A stretch of DNA of 64,000 nt, taken from positions 141,778 to 205,777 of the forward strand of contig JAVQSZ010000002.1 in the NCBI GenBank assembly GCA_033581555.1, in the 5' to 3' direction. The position numbers and the translations under genes were made by a program. Below, piece by piece: positions 8,989 to 18,816 of the stretch. The stretch's first letter is position 1. The number at the start of each line of letters is the position of its first letter. Below the pieces are notes generated by a model. That model was not told the DNA's origin and did not search any database. It worked only from the letters and a program-made list of their open reading frames with translations. The stretch is from Nitrososphaerota archaeon (lineage in GTDB: Archaea > Thermoproteota > Nitrososphaeria_A > Caldarchaeales > Calditenuaceae).

Positions 8989-10707
8989 ATGGGCCTGGAG
9001 GTCATCGACTCAGACGTAGTGATAGTTGGGTCGGGACTCGCCGGCCTAAGGGCGGCCATCGAGGCCGCGAGGACCGGCGGTGAGCGGCTCAGGGTCTCCG
9101 TGGTCACCAAGACCCAGCCGATGAGGTCCCACAGCGTCTCTGCGGAGGGAGGGACGGCCGCGGTCCTCTACCCTGAGGAGGGCGACTCCCTCGAGTCACA
9201 CGAGTGGGACACCGTAAAGGGCAGCGACTTCCTGGCGGATCAGGACGCGGTAGAGGTCTTCGTGAGGGAGGCTCCGAAGGAGATCGTCCAGCTGGAGCAC
9301 TGGGGCATGCCGTGGGCGAGGAGGGAGGACGGAAGGGTCGCCCAGAGGTACTTCGGTGGCCAGAGCTATCCGAGGGCCTGCTTCGCGGAGGACAGGGTTG
9401 GGTTCTTCGAGATGAGCACGCTCTACAGCACCTGCCTAAAGTACGACAACGTCGCCTTCTACGACGAGTGGTTCGCGTTCGCGGTCGTCAAGGACGACGG
9501 ATCCTTCGCGGGTTTCATGGCGCTGGACGTGAAGAGGGGGAACGTGGCATACTTCAAGGCGAAGGCTGGGATCATCGCGACGGGCGGCGCCGGGAGGCTC
9601 TACCCGTTCGCGAGCTTCGGGCACAGCTCGACACCTGACGGGATCGTGATGGCGTACAGGGCCGGCGTGCCGCTGAAGGACATGGAGTTCGTCCAGTTCC
9701 ACCCGACGGGCCTAGTGCCCAGCGGGATACTCATCACCGAGGCCTCGAGGGGCGAAGGAGGGGTCCTCAGGAACTCGAAGGGTGAGAGGTTCATGGAGAA
9801 GTACGCCCCGAAGATGAAGGACCTCGCTCCGAGGGACATCGTCTCAAGGTCCATAATGACCGAGATCAAGGAGGGCAGGGGCTTCAGGGACGAGGAGAGC
9901 GGGTACGAGTACGTCAACCTGGACCTCACCGTCATCGAGCCGGAGAAGCTCGTGAAGAGGCTCACCAGCATCAGGGAGATCTGCCTGAAGCTGAGGGGGA
10001 TAGACCCGCTCCACGAGCCGATCCCGGTCAGGCCAGTCGCGCACTATTACATGGGGGGTATCGATGTCGACATCAACGGCGCCACGTCGCTCCCAGGTCT
10101 ATGGGCTGCGGGCGAGGCCGCGTGCGTGACGATCAATGGCGCTAACAGGCTAGGGTCCAACTCGACGACCGAGTGCCTCGTCTGGGGGAAGATCACCGGC
10201 AGGGAGGCGGCAAAGTTCGCGTTGAGCAGGAAGGAGCCGAACGCACCGAAGGAGGCGATCCAGGCCGAGGAGAGGAGGGTCTTCGACGTCCTCCTGGGGC
10301 CTGCGCCGAGGGTCGACCCGTACGACGTGAAGTCCGAGCTCCAGGAGACGATGGAGAAGCACTTCCACGTCTTCAGGGAGGGGACGTCGATGGAGGAGGG
10401 GCTAAGGAAGTTGAGGAAGCTGATGTCGGAGTTCCAGATGGGCGTCACCGACAAGAGCAGGGCCTACAACACGAACCTCGTTCACGTAATGGAGGTGGAC
10501 GCGATGCTCGAGGCGAGCCACGCCATCGCGGTCTCTGCCCTCCACAGGACCGAGAGCAGGGGAGCCCACTATAGGCTTGATTTCCCGAAGAGGGACGACG
10601 AGGCCTGGCTCAAGCACATCCTCCTGAGGTGGACCGCGGACGGTTTCGAGATCGAGTATAAACCGGTAGTGATCACGAAGTACAAGCCCGCGGAAAGGGT
10701 CTACTGA
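8989..10707 (+). CDS. sdhA: Succinate dehydrogenase/fumarate reductase flavoprotein subunit
   Basis: GSGLAG FAD motif, RSHSVSAEGG, QFHPTG, EASRGEGG, GANRLGSNS, ESRGAH. Confidence 0.95.
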   Translation: MGLEVIDSDVVIVGSGLAGLRAAIEAARTGGERLRVSVVTKTQPMRSHSVSAEGGTAAVLYPEEGDSLESHEWDTVKGSDFLADQDAVEVFVREAPKEIVQLEHWGMPWARREDGRVAQRYFGGQSYPRACFAEDRVGFFEMSTLYSTCLKYDNVAFYDEWFAFAVVKDDGSFAGFMALDVKRGNVAYFKAKAGIIATGGAGRLYPFASFGHSSTPDGIVMAYRAGVPLKDMEFVQFHPTGLVPSGILITEASRGEGGVLRNSKGERFMEKYAPKMKDLAPRDIVSRSIMTEIKEGRGFRDEESGYEYVNLDLTVIEPEKLVKRLTSIREICLKLRGIDPLHEPIPVRPVAHYYMGGIDVDINGATSLPGLWAAGEAACVTINGANRLGSNSTTECLVWGKITGREAAKFALSRKEPNAPKEAIQAEERRVFDVLLGPAPRVDPYDVKSELQETMEKHFHVFREGTSMEEGLRKLRKLMSEFQMGVTDKSRAYNTNLVHVMEVDAMLEASHAIAVSALHRTESRGAHYRLDFPKRDDEAWLKHILLRWTADGFEIEYKPVVITKYKPAERVY

Positions 10708-10708
10708 C

Positions 10709-11851
10709 TCAGGAGCCCTTGCTCCAGAAGACCGGGATGAACCTCTTGGTCCTGCCGTAGTCCTTGGGAGGCGAGCCGACGATCGCGACCTTGTAGCCGC
10801 AGCTCGGGCACCTGTTGTCCTTGGTCAACCTCCAGTCGACGATGTCGAAGCCGTACCTCTCCACGACCATCTCGCCGCAGCCCGGGCAGTATGTGCTCTC
10901 GTAGGGGTGACCGGGGACGTTCCCAATGTAGACGTAGTTCATCCCCTCCTCCTTCGCGACCCTGTAGTGCCTCTCAAGGGTCTCAACCGGCGTCCAGGGT
11001 AGGTGCATCAGCTTGTAGTCTGGGTGGAACCTAAGGAAGTGGATCGGCGTGTCGGGGCCTAGGTTGTCGTGGACCCACCTGACTAGCTTCCTCGCGGCGT
11101 TCAGGTCGTCCCCGATCTCTGGCACGACGAGGTCCGTGATCTCGACGTGGATTTTGGTCCTCTCCTTGATCTCTAGGAGGGTCTGGAAGATCGGCTCGGG
11201 GCTCGGTATCCCGACGTACTTCCTGAGGAAGTTCACCTCCCCGTTCCCCTTGAAGTCGACGGTAGCGGCGTCGAGGAACTCCGCGGCCATGCTCACGGAC
11301 TCGGGAGTCCAGTAACCGTTTGTGACGAAGACGTTGATCAGCCCCCTTTGCCTCGCGTTCACGCCGACGTCGTGGGCGAACTCCATGAAGATCGTCGGCT
11401 CGTTGTAGGTGTAGGCTATGCCGTGGGAGCCGTACCGCACCGCGGCCTCCACGACCTCCTCGGGCGTGACCTCGATCCCTTCGACCTTCCTCCGCTGGCT
11501 GATGTCGAAGTTCTGGCAGTAGGCGCAGAGCCAGTTGCACCCGGTAGTGGCGATGCTGAAGATCTTTGTCCCGGGCATGTAGTGGGTCACGGGCTTCTTC
11601 TCGATCGGGTCGACATGGCTCGCGATGACCCTCCCGTAGACGAAGAGGTAAAGCTTCCCTCCCACAACGCCCCTGATCCCGCAGAGGCCGACCTGTCCCT
11701 CGCCGATCTGACAGTACCTAGCGCAGGCGGTGCACTTCACCCGGCCGGGCACCCCCTCGGTCCAGAGCCTAGCCGGAGCTCCTGGGACCTCCTCGAGCCT
11801 GAACGTCGCCACCGGAGTTAGACGTTTTGAGGCGCTCATAGGTTTTGCCAA
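10709..11851 (-). CDS. amrS: AmmeMemoRadiSam system radical SAM enzyme
   Basis: N-terminal CTACARYC...[39 protein letters not shown]-terminal CPGC/CPSC. Confidence 0.92.
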   Translation of the reverse strand: MAKPMSASKRLTPVATFRLEEVPGAPARLWTEGVPGRVKCTACARYCQIGEGQVGLCGIRGVVGGKLYLFVYGRVIASHVDPIEKKPVTHYMPGTKIFSIATTGCNWLCAYCQNFDISQRRKVEGIEVTPEEVVEAAVRYGSHGIAYTYNEPTIFMEFAHDVGVNARQRGLINVFVTNGYWTPESVSMAAEFLDAATVDFKGNGEVNFLRKYVGIPSPEPIFQTLLEIKERTKIHVEITDLVVPEIGDDLNAARKLVRWVHDNLGPDTPIHFLRFHPDYKLMHLPWTPVETLERHYRVAKEEGMNYVYIGNVPGHPYESTYCPGCGEMVVERYGFDIVDWRLTKDNRCPSCGYKVAIVGSPPKDYGRTKRFIPVFWSKGS

Positions 11852-12991
11852 TCAACCCCCTTTCCGCTCGGGGGAGACCGCGACCCTAAGGAACCACAGC
11901 GAGAGGAGCTGGGCCGCGAGGGAGTAGGCGACGAGTCCGGCCGGTCCTACCCCTGCGTCCACCATCAACCCGAAGGCCAGTCCGGCTACCGAGTAACCGA
12001 TCCCCACGCCGAGGCCGAAGACGCCATACGCGGTGCCGAGGCGGCCCGACCCCGCGAGCTCCGCGACCACCGCCCTGAAGATCGACTCTTGGGCACCGAT
12101 CACGACACCGACCAAGCCCGCGCAGACAAGGAGGAGGTTGAGGTCGTTGGTGAGCAGCGCCGCGGGGACCGCGCTGACCAGCACCGTGAGCGAGACCACC
12201 CTCGCGCCGTACCGGTCGAGGGCCCTTCCCAGCGGGATCGCAGCGACGGCGTCGGTGACCATCGCGACCGAGTAGGCCAGCGGGACCATCCACTCGGCTC
12301 CCTCCGCGACAACCGAGACCTTGTAGAGTACGATCGATATCGGGAGGAGCCCCGCGACGTTGAGCGACGCAGCAGCGGTGTAAGCGATCACCCTCCGCTG
12401 GGGACCTCTTACAGGTGGATCCCGTTCCACCCTTGCGCTCACCTTCGGTACCCTCCAGACGAGGAGCAGCAGCGCCGCATAGGGGAGAAGGGTGTAGAGG
12501 ACGGCCGTCCTGATTTCGCCGTGGGCAGCTGCAGCGGCCGCTATCATCAGAGGCCCCGCCATCGCGCCGAACTGGTCGAGGAACTCGTGGAGGCCGAAGG
12601 CAGACCCGAGGCCCATCTCGCCCCTCAGCCTCGCGAGCATCGCGTCCCTCGCGGGGACCCTGAGGCCCCTCGCGACCCGCTCGACGAAGACGATCGCCGC
12701 GAGCGCGGCCCAGCTCTGGGCGAAGGCCATCAGGGGGACCACGAAGAGCATCCCGTAGCCGATCCTGACCAAGAGGTCGTACCTCCCGGACCTGTCTGCG
12801 ACCGCTCCGCCGATCGGCCTCGCAGCCCAGCCCGCGAGCTCCGCGGCACCCATCACCAACCCTACGCCAGCAGCCGTGAGCCCCAACTGCCTGAAGAGGT
12901 CCGGCGCGACGGCCCTCCCACCTTCGTAGACGAAGTCGCCGAAGAGGCTCAGGAGCCCCAAGAGGAGGACCGTTCTGAGGCCGGCGCGCAT
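11852..12991 (-). CDS. MFS transporter (start reassigned to ATG 12991)
   Basis: LGLLSLFGDFVYEGGR, ERVARGLRVPARDAM, AFGLHEFLDQFGA. The ORF-track extension upstream overlaps the SRP RNA. Confidence 0.88.
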   Translation of the reverse strand: MRAGLRTVLLLGLLSLFGDFVYEGGRAVAPDLFRQLGLTAAGVGLVMGAAELAGWAARPIGGAVADRSGRYDLLVRIGYGMLFVVPLMAFAQSWAALAAIVFVERVARGLRVPARDAMLARLRGEMGLGSAFGLHEFLDQFGAMAGPLMIAAAAAAHGEIRTAVLYTLLPYAALLLLVWRVPKVSARVERDPPVRGPQRRVIAYTAAASLNVAGLLPISIVLYKVSVVAEGAEWMVPLAYSVAMVTDAVAAIPLGRALDRYGARVVSLTVLVSAVPAALLTNDLNLLLVCAGLVGVVIGAQESIFRAVVAELAGSGRLGTAYGVFGLGVGIGYSVAGLAFGLMVDAGVGPAGLVAYSLAAQLLSLWFLRVAVSPERKGG

Positions 12992-13079
12992 CGCGCCTCT
13001 TGACCCAGCCCGCGCGATAAACTTCGGTCTCGGCGCGGTCCCGCGCAACTCATTAATACGGAGCGGCCGAAGCTCGATC

Positions 13080-13368
13080 GGGGGCGGTGGGTAGGGCCGG
13101 GGGGCCAGCCCTCCCCCTCCCAGAGGGGACCCGAAACGGGCTAGACGCGGGGGCCAGCAACCGAGCGGGGAGGCGACCGCGAAGGGACGGGCGCGGGCAG
13201 GGAGAGGGGTGAACGCGCGTCCTGGTGGAGGCGGGTAGGGCTCCATGCCCTCCGTAGGGAGGGCCCCTGGGGCCCGCGCGCGCCGAACCGTGTCAGGCCC
13301 GGGAGGGAGCAGCACTAAGGCGCGGCCCGTCTGCTGCCGGGGTGACGTGCGCGACCGATCCGCCCTCC
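13080..13368 (+). ncRNA. ffs: Archaeal signal recognition particle (7S SRP) RNA
   Basis: Helix-8 signature GCCGAACCGTGTCAGGCCCGGGAGGGAGCAGCAC; helix 6 CCCTCC-GTAG-GGAGGG; Alu-like GGCCGGGGGG 5' domain; complementary ends GGGGGCGG/CCGCCCTC; TATA-like CATTAATA at 13051-13058. Ends approximate. Confidence 0.93.
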
Positions 13369-13377
13369 GTCCGTCCC

Positions 13378-14766
13378 TCAACGGCCGCTGAACCGCCCGG
13401 GTCCACCGCCCCCTCTCCTCTCGGGCACGATCAGCCGTCCGTGTCCAGGCCTTCCGACGACATCACCCCTCTCTGCGACGACCTCGCCCCGCACGACCGT
13501 GTAGACGGGCCAGCCCCTCACCGTCACCCCCTCGAACGGCGTGACCTTGCTCCTGCTGTGGAGCGCCTCCGACGAGATCCTCCGCTCGGCACTTAGGTCG
13601 ACGATTGTGAGGTCCGCGTCCGATCCGACGGCGATCGCGCCCTTCCGTGGATGGAGCCCCCAGATCTTAGCGGGTTTCACAGAGACGAGCCGCACCAGCC
13701 TCCTCAGCGTCAGTTCTCCCCTGTTGACTAGGTTCAGCAGGAGCGGGAGCATCGTCTCGACGCCGGGGAAGCCCGAGGGAGCCACCCAGACTTCCTCGGC
13801 CCGCTTCTCCTCCGGGAGATGGGGGGCGTGGTCCGATCCGACCGCGTCGATCAGGCCGCGCCTGATTCCGTCCCACAGGGCCTCCGCGTGACCACGGTCC
13901 CTGATCGGCGGGTTGACCTTCGCGACGTTACCCATCTTCCTCAGCGCCTCCTCTCCGTCGAGGAGGAGGTAGTGGGGGCAGGTCTCGAGGGTGACGTCGA
14001 CGCCCATCGCCCTGAACCTCTCCGCGAGCTCGAGGCACTGGGAAGAGGTGACGTGAAAGACGTGGACCTTCGCGCCAGTTAGCCAAGCGGCAGTCAGTAC
14101 CCTCGCGACCGCGACGACCTCAGCCTCGACCGGCCTCGCCTCGAGGTGCGCCATCGGGTCGCTCCTCCCAGCCGCCCTGAGCGCCTCCCTGAGCGCAGCT
14201 ATCATCTTGCCGTCCTCCGCGTGGAACCCGACCCTTACGCCGGCCCTCGCGCACCTCCGCATCAGCTCGATGACCTCGTGGTCTTCTGGGAAATCGGAGA
14301 TCCCTGTCGTCTCGGAGAGGTAGACCTTCAGCCCGACGATGCCTCTCAACGTCAACTCCTCGAGGGACCAGCGCCCCCTCCTGTAACCGCCGTAGAGCCC
14401 GAAGTCTACGACCGATTTGGCCGACGCCCTCTCGAGCTTCAGGTCGAACGACTCGCCGTCGACGGTCGGGGGGATCGTGTTGGGCATCTCGAGGACCGTC
14501 GTCACTCCCCCAGCGGCCGCAGCCGCCGAACCGGTCCCGAAGTCCTCCTTGTGCTCCATCCCCGGCTCCCTGAAGTGAACGTGCTCGTCGATGACGCCCG
14601 GCAGGACCACCAGCCCTGATGCGTCGACCTCGACCTCTCCTCGGGGGACTGTCGCGTCCGTGCCGATCGCGCTGATCCTCCCGTCCTCGACGCCGATCGT
14701 CGCCCTGAAGACGTCATCCGGGGTGACGACGGTCGCGTTCCTGACGACCAGGTCGGGCCTAGCCAT
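13378..14766 (-). CDS. pyrC: Dihydroorotase (allantoinase/dihydroorotase family)
   Basis: PGVIDEHVHFREPG, GGVTTVLEMPNT, FHAED, ETCPHYL, KVNPPIR, SDHAPH; overlaps the pyrF-pyrE stop, supporting a pyrimidine role. Confidence 0.82.
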   Translation of the reverse strand: MARPDLVVRNATVVTPDDVFRATIGVEDGRISAIGTDATVPRGEVEVDASGLVVLPGVIDEHVHFREPGMEHKEDFGTGSAAAAAGGVTTVLEMPNTIPPTVDGESFDLKLERASAKSVVDFGLYGGYRRGRWSLEELTLRGIVGLKVYLSETTGISDFPEDHEVIELMRRCARAGVRVGFHAEDGKMIAALREALRAAGRSDPMAHLEARPVEAEVVAVARVLTAAWLTGAKVHVFHVTSSQCLELAERFRAMGVDVTLETCPHYLLLDGEEALRKMGNVAKVNPPIRDRGHAEALWDGIRRGLIDAVGSDHAPHLPEEKRAEEVWVAPSGFPGVETMLPLLLNLVNRGELTLRRLVRLVSVKPAKIWGLHPRKGAIAVGSDADLTIVDLSAERRISSEALHSRSKVTPFEGVTVRGWPVYTVVRGEVVAERGDVVGRPGHGRLIVPERRGGGGPGRFSGR

Positions 14767-16090
14767 CCCGCTGCGACCTGAGCTCCCTCACGACCTCCCA
14801 GAACTCATCATCGATTGTGCAGAGCGGGTGGAGGCTCATCCTCTCGGAGGCCAGCGCCTCGCTCGCGCCCTCCTGCCTGTCCACGACGACGAAGTAGTGC
14901 GAAATCCTGCCTCCCGAATCCCGCAGCGCCCTCGCGCACTCGGCAGCGGTCCTTCCGGTCGTCGTGAGGTCGTCGACCCCTATGAACTCCTCTCCCGGGG
15001 AGACGACGCCCTCAATCCTCTTCCCGAGGCCGTGGTCCTTCGACCCAGACCTGTAATAGACGAGCCCCGTGCCGAGCCTGTCCGCGACCAACGCCGCGAT
15101 CGGGATGCCCGCGGTCGCAGTGGTGGCCACCTTGAACCCTCCCCGGCCGACGACCCTGCTGACCGTGGCCACCATCAACCTCACGATCCTGTCCCTCGCC
15201 CTAGGATAGGAGTAGATGGCCCTCGTGTCGATGTAGTAGTGGGAGAGCTTCCCCGAGGAGAGCCTGATCGGCTGCTCAGACTCCACCACAGCGCCCTCGC
15301 AGGACGCGAGCGCCTCGATCACCGAGTACCTCGCCCTCAGCCGCTCGGCCTCGTCCCTCAGCTCCCTCGCCCTCTCCGCTGGCGAGGCGGCCTCGAGGAC
15401 CGACCTCCCGAAGTTCAAGAGGACCCTCTCGCCGCCGTACCTCGCCGCTACCTTTAGCTCCCCTCCCTGCGCGCCAAGCCCCGGTATCAGGAGGACCGCG
15501 TCGTCCCCGACCCTCCTCCTCACCCTCCTGAGCGTCGGTCCGTCCACGAAGGGCCCGAGCCCGACCACGAAGCCCTCCGAGCCAGCCCTCGCCGCGTCGT
15601 CGAGGAGCCTCTCGAAGAACCTCTCCCCGGTCGAGAGCGTCGCGAGGTAGGTCGCGGCCGCGTGGGGCGAGGAGGGTATGACAAGCGCGAAGGTCCAGAG
15701 CCCCTTCGAGGACGCCTCCCTGACCACGTGCTCCGAGTTGCCGATCACGGGGTTGAAGGTGAACCCGTCGAACCCGAGCTCCGAGACCGTCCTCACGCCG
15801 GCGGAGACCGTGTGCTCGACGTCATTCATCTTGCAGTCGAGGACCGTGATGCACTCCTTGGACCTCGCCAGGTCGTTCAGCTCCCTCAGGCCGTCGCCCG
15901 GGACGCCCCTTACGAAGTTCTCGTTCAGCTTGACCGCGACGACGTACGCCGAAAGCTCCTCGATCGCCCTCCTGCAGAACTCGAGCCTCGACTTCGGGTC
16001 CGGGAACCTCTCGGGCGGGGGATCCAGGCTCAGCGAGATCGACGTTCCCTTCCTCTGGACGATGTCGTCGTAGGCCCTCTGGAGCCGCAT
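14759..16090 (-). CDS. pyrFE: Bifunctional OMP decarboxylase (N-term) / orotate phosphoribosyltransferase (C-term); start reassigned to ATG 16090
   Basis: SLDP, VKLN, LDCKMNDVEHT, LIPGLGAQGG, GRSV (PyrF) followed by LSSGKLSHYYID, KDHG, VDDLTTTG, VVDRQEG (PyrE). Confidence 0.92.
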   Translation of the reverse strand: MRLQRAYDDIVQRKGTSISLSLDPPPERFPDPKSRLEFCRRAIEELSAYVVAVKLNENFVRGVPGDGLRELNDLARSKECITVLDCKMNDVEHTVSAGVRTVSELGFDGFTFNPVIGNSEHVVREASSKGLWTFALVIPSSPHAAATYLATLSTGERFFERLLDDAARAGSEGFVVGLGPFVDGPTLRRVRRRVGDDAVLLIPGLGAQGGELKVAARYGGERVLLNFGRSVLEAASPAERARELRDEAERLRARYSVIEALASCEGAVVESEQPIRLSSGKLSHYYIDTRAIYSYPRARDRIVRLMVATVSRVVGRGGFKVATTATAGIPIAALVADRLGTGLVYYRSGSKDHGLGKRIEGVVSPGEEFIGVDDLTTTGRTAAECARALRDSGGRISHYFVVVDRQEGASEALASERMSLHPLCTIDDEFWEVVRELRSQRDG

Positions 16091-16172
16091 TCGGTCCGAT
16101 TCGCCTCTCCGGGACTTTAAGGGTTGGCGACGCAGGTGAAGCGCTAAAAGGCGAGTAACGCCGCGCTCGCCG

Positions 16173-17030
16173 GTGTCAAGGGTCGCCAAGATCGGGAGGG
16201 TCGAGGTCGGAGAGGGCAGGCCGGTCGCGGTGATGGGGATCATCAACGTCAGCCCCGAGTCCTTCCACAAGTCCTCGGTGAGGAGGACGCCGGAGGAGGT
16301 CTCGGAGGCCGCGGTGAGGATGGTCGAGGAGGGAGCCGACGTGATCGACGTCGGAGGGATGTCCTCGGCGCCCTACCTCGATACCACGGTGCCCGAGGAG
16401 GTCGAGTCCGAGAGGGTCAGGATGGCGATCAGAGCCGTGAGGGACGCGGTCGACGTGCCCATCTCCCTTGACACCTATAGGGTCAGGCCCGCGCTGGAGG
16501 GCCTGAGGCTGGGCGTCGAGGCGATCAACGACGTCTACGGCCTCGCCCACCTCGAGGCGATCCTGAAGGAGATCGCGGACTCAGGTGTCTCGCTCGTCCT
16601 CATGGCGAGGGACGTCAGGGAGGGCGACGTGATCGAGGGGATCAGGTCGAGGCTGAGGTCCGCGATGAGAAAGGCGCTTTCAGCCGGAATCGGGGAGGAG
16701 AGGATAGTCCTCGACCCGGGCGTGGGGTTCCACAGGGAGCACGAGTCGCTGAAGTGGTACCAGGTGGACGTCGAGATCCTCCGGAGGCTCGGGGAGCTCA
16801 GGGACCTCGCGAGGCCGCTCCTGGTCGGGTGCTCAATGAAGAGCTTCATCGGGAAGCTGACCGGGAGGCAGGCCACCGACGAGAGGATCTTCGGCTCGAT
16901 CGCGTCCGAGGCGGTCGCGGTGTTGAGCGGCGCCGATGTGATAAGGACCCACAACCCGAGGCTGACCCTCGACGCGGTCAGGGTGGCATCGGCGGTGATC
17001 GGGAGGCCCGCGAAGCCCCTCATGGTCTGA
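16173..17030 (+). CDS. folP: Dihydropteroate synthase
   Basis: MGIINVSPESF, GADVIDVGGMSSAP, ISLDT, INDV, VLDPGVGF, S-M-KSFIG, IRTHN. Confidence 0.92.
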   Translation: MSRVAKIGRVEVGEGRPVAVMGIINVSPESFHKSSVRRTPEEVSEAAVRMVEEGADVIDVGGMSSAPYLDTTVPEEVESERVRMAIRAVRDAVDVPISLDTYRVRPALEGLRLGVEAINDVYGLAHLEAILKEIADSGVSLVLMARDVREGDVIEGIRSRLRSAMRKALSAGIGEERIVLDPGVGFHREHESLKWYQVDVEILRRLGELRDLARPLLVGCSMKSFIGKLTGRQATDERIFGSIASEAVAVLSGADVIRTHNPRLTLDAVRVASAVIGRPAKPLMV

Positions 17031-17949
17031 CCCTGTCGACCAGAAGCAGGACCGTAAGGGCCGCGTCGAGGACGTCGGCAGATGACCCTGGCCTGATGTC
17101 CCTCTCCCTGAAGCGCCTGTCCATCTCCTTGAGGATCCTCCTCCCCTCAGCGGTCGTCGCGCCCCCTGCCCTCAGGGCCCGTGCGGCCACCTCCTTCACT
17201 GATAGCGCCGCGTGGAGTCCGTTCCTCCTGACCACGTGTGTGTCGGGTCTCTCGGCCATCACCGCGAGGAGGCCGTTGACCGCGGCCGCGTTCAGGTCGC
17301 CACCGTTCCTCAAGACTCTCCTCAGCTCGCGCAGACACGTGCCGAACGAGAGGGGATAACCGCCGACGAGCTCGTCGGCCACGAGGTCCCGGCCCGGGTA
17401 CGCCCTCAGCGCGTCGAGCAGCCCGATCCTGCGCCTCCTCACCTCCTCGTACGTCCTCTCGTCGTTGACGTCGAGATACGGCACCGACCCGAGCCCTCCG
17501 GGCCTCGAGAGCCTGATCGCCCTGAAAACTCCCAGTGTGTCGCGCCAGTCGGTGCCCACGAGCACCACCCTCGCAGCCCTCCTCAGCGCGACCTCGCTCA
17601 GACCCTTGCCCTTCCCTATCGACGCTCCCGCGGCGGCGCAGAGCGGCACCACCAGCAGCACCGCTCCGAGGTGGGCGTTCCCTCCCCTTTGGGACGAGAG
17701 GGAAGACTCTACGGCCCGGAGGACCAGCTCGCCGAGCTCGCCGGGCCTCAACCCCCTCATCCCCCTTCTCGCGGCCTCGTAGAACCACCTGTACAGCGAG
17801 ACCGCGCTCGCCTGCATCCTTATCGCGCTGAGCTCCCTGAGGTCGCTCCGGCGGTCGACGAGCCCGGGCTTCGGGGTCGCGAGCAGCTCGACGAGGAGGG
17901 CCGAGGTCGCAGAGTAGGCCACGGTGTGAAGCGCGTCGTCCCTTGTCAA
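17020..17949 (-). CDS. citG: Triphosphoribosyl-dephospho-CoA synthase (CitG/MdcB)-like protein
   Basis: ELLATPKPGLVDR, NAHLG, DTHVVRRNG, RPGSSAD. Confidence 0.82.
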   Translation of the reverse strand: MTRDDALHTVAYSATSALLVELLATPKPGLVDRRSDLRELSAIRMQASAVSLYRWFYEAARRGMRGLRPGELGELVLRAVESSLSSQRGGNAHLGAVLLVVPLCAAAGASIGKGKGLSEVALRRAARVVLVGTDWRDTLGVFRAIRLSRPGGLGSVPYLDVNDERTYEEVRRRRIGLLDALRAYPGRDLVADELVGGYPLSFGTCLRELRRVLRNGGDLNAAAVNGLLAVMAERPDTHVVRRNGLHAALSVKEVAARALRAGGATTAEGRRILKEMDRRFRERDIRPGSSADVLDAALTVLLLVDRVRP

Positions 17950-17951
17950 GG

Positions 17952-18800
17952 CTAGAGCTCCGAGAGCAGCTTGTGAAACTCCCTCCTGTGTACCCGGAAG
18001 GAGCTGAACCTCCTAGCCCTGGAGTTCTCCCCGAGGTCGACGTCGCAGACCACCATGTCCTCTTCGAAGAGCTTGCCCTCGCCGAGGACTGAGCCGTCGG
18101 GGCCCACGACCATCGACCCTCCCCAGAAGTACTCCTCGTCCTCAGGGCCGACGAGGTTCGCGAACGCGACGTGGACGGTATTGGTGATCGCGGTGGCCAT
18201 CAGGATCGCCCGCCAGGCCTCCCTGATCCAGACGCCGTCGCGCCCTCGGTGCCCAGTGCCGATCCCTCTGGCGGGGGAAGCGGCGATGCACGCGATCAGC
18301 TCGGCGCCCATCCTCGAGAGGGCCTCGGCGGGCTCCGGGTGCCAGAGGTCCTCGCAGATCGCGACACCGAGGCTCCACTTCCCCAACCCGACGGTCCTGA
18401 CGTCCTTCAAGGGGTCTCCCTGCTCGAAGTACCTGGCCTCCTCGAAGAGGCCGTAGGTGGGCAGGTAGAACTTGGGAACGCGGGCCGCCAGCCTCCCGTC
18501 GCTCACGACGAAGGCCGTGTTCCTCAAGACCCCAGGCCTGACCTCATCGACCCCTCCCAGGACCACCGTACACCCCTTCGAGGCCTCCCTGAGTCTCGAG
18601 ACTGCGGCCCTACACGCCCCGACCACCTCGTAGGCGAGGTCCCTCAGGACGTAGCCCGTGAGCGAGAGTTCCGGGAAGACCAATAGGTCGACGCCTCTCG
18701 ATCTGGCCTCCTCGATGGCCGCGAGGTGTCTTCTCAAGTTCCACCCGACGTCACCGATCCTGCTCTGGACCTGCGCGAGCCCGACCCTGAGCTTCTCCAT
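17952..18800 (-). CDS. Carbon-nitrogen hydrolase, similar to the glutaminase domain of Gln-dependent NAD synthetase
   Basis: FPELSLTGY, KFYLPTYGLFEEARYF, ICEDLW (E-K-C triad). Confidence 0.85.
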   Translation of the reverse strand: MEKLRVGLAQVQSRIGDVGWNLRRHLAAIEEARSRGVDLLVFPELSLTGYVLRDLAYEVVGACRAAVSRLREASKGCTVVLGGVDEVRPGVLRNTAFVVSDGRLAARVPKFYLPTYGLFEEARYFEQGDPLKDVRTVGLGKWSLGVAICEDLWHPEPAEALSRMGAELIACIAASPARGIGTGHRGRDGVWIREAWRAILMATAITNTVHVAFANLVGPEDEEYFWGGSMVVGPDGSVLGEGKLFEEDMVVCDVDLGENSRARRFSSFRVHRREFHKLLSEL

Positions 18801-18816
18801 CTCTGTCCTCCCCGAC

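Noticed and set aside
12992-13381. Pro/Arg-rich 129-aa N-terminal extension of the MFS ORF
   Set aside because: It is the antisense of the SRP RNA; the transporter starts at ATG 12991.
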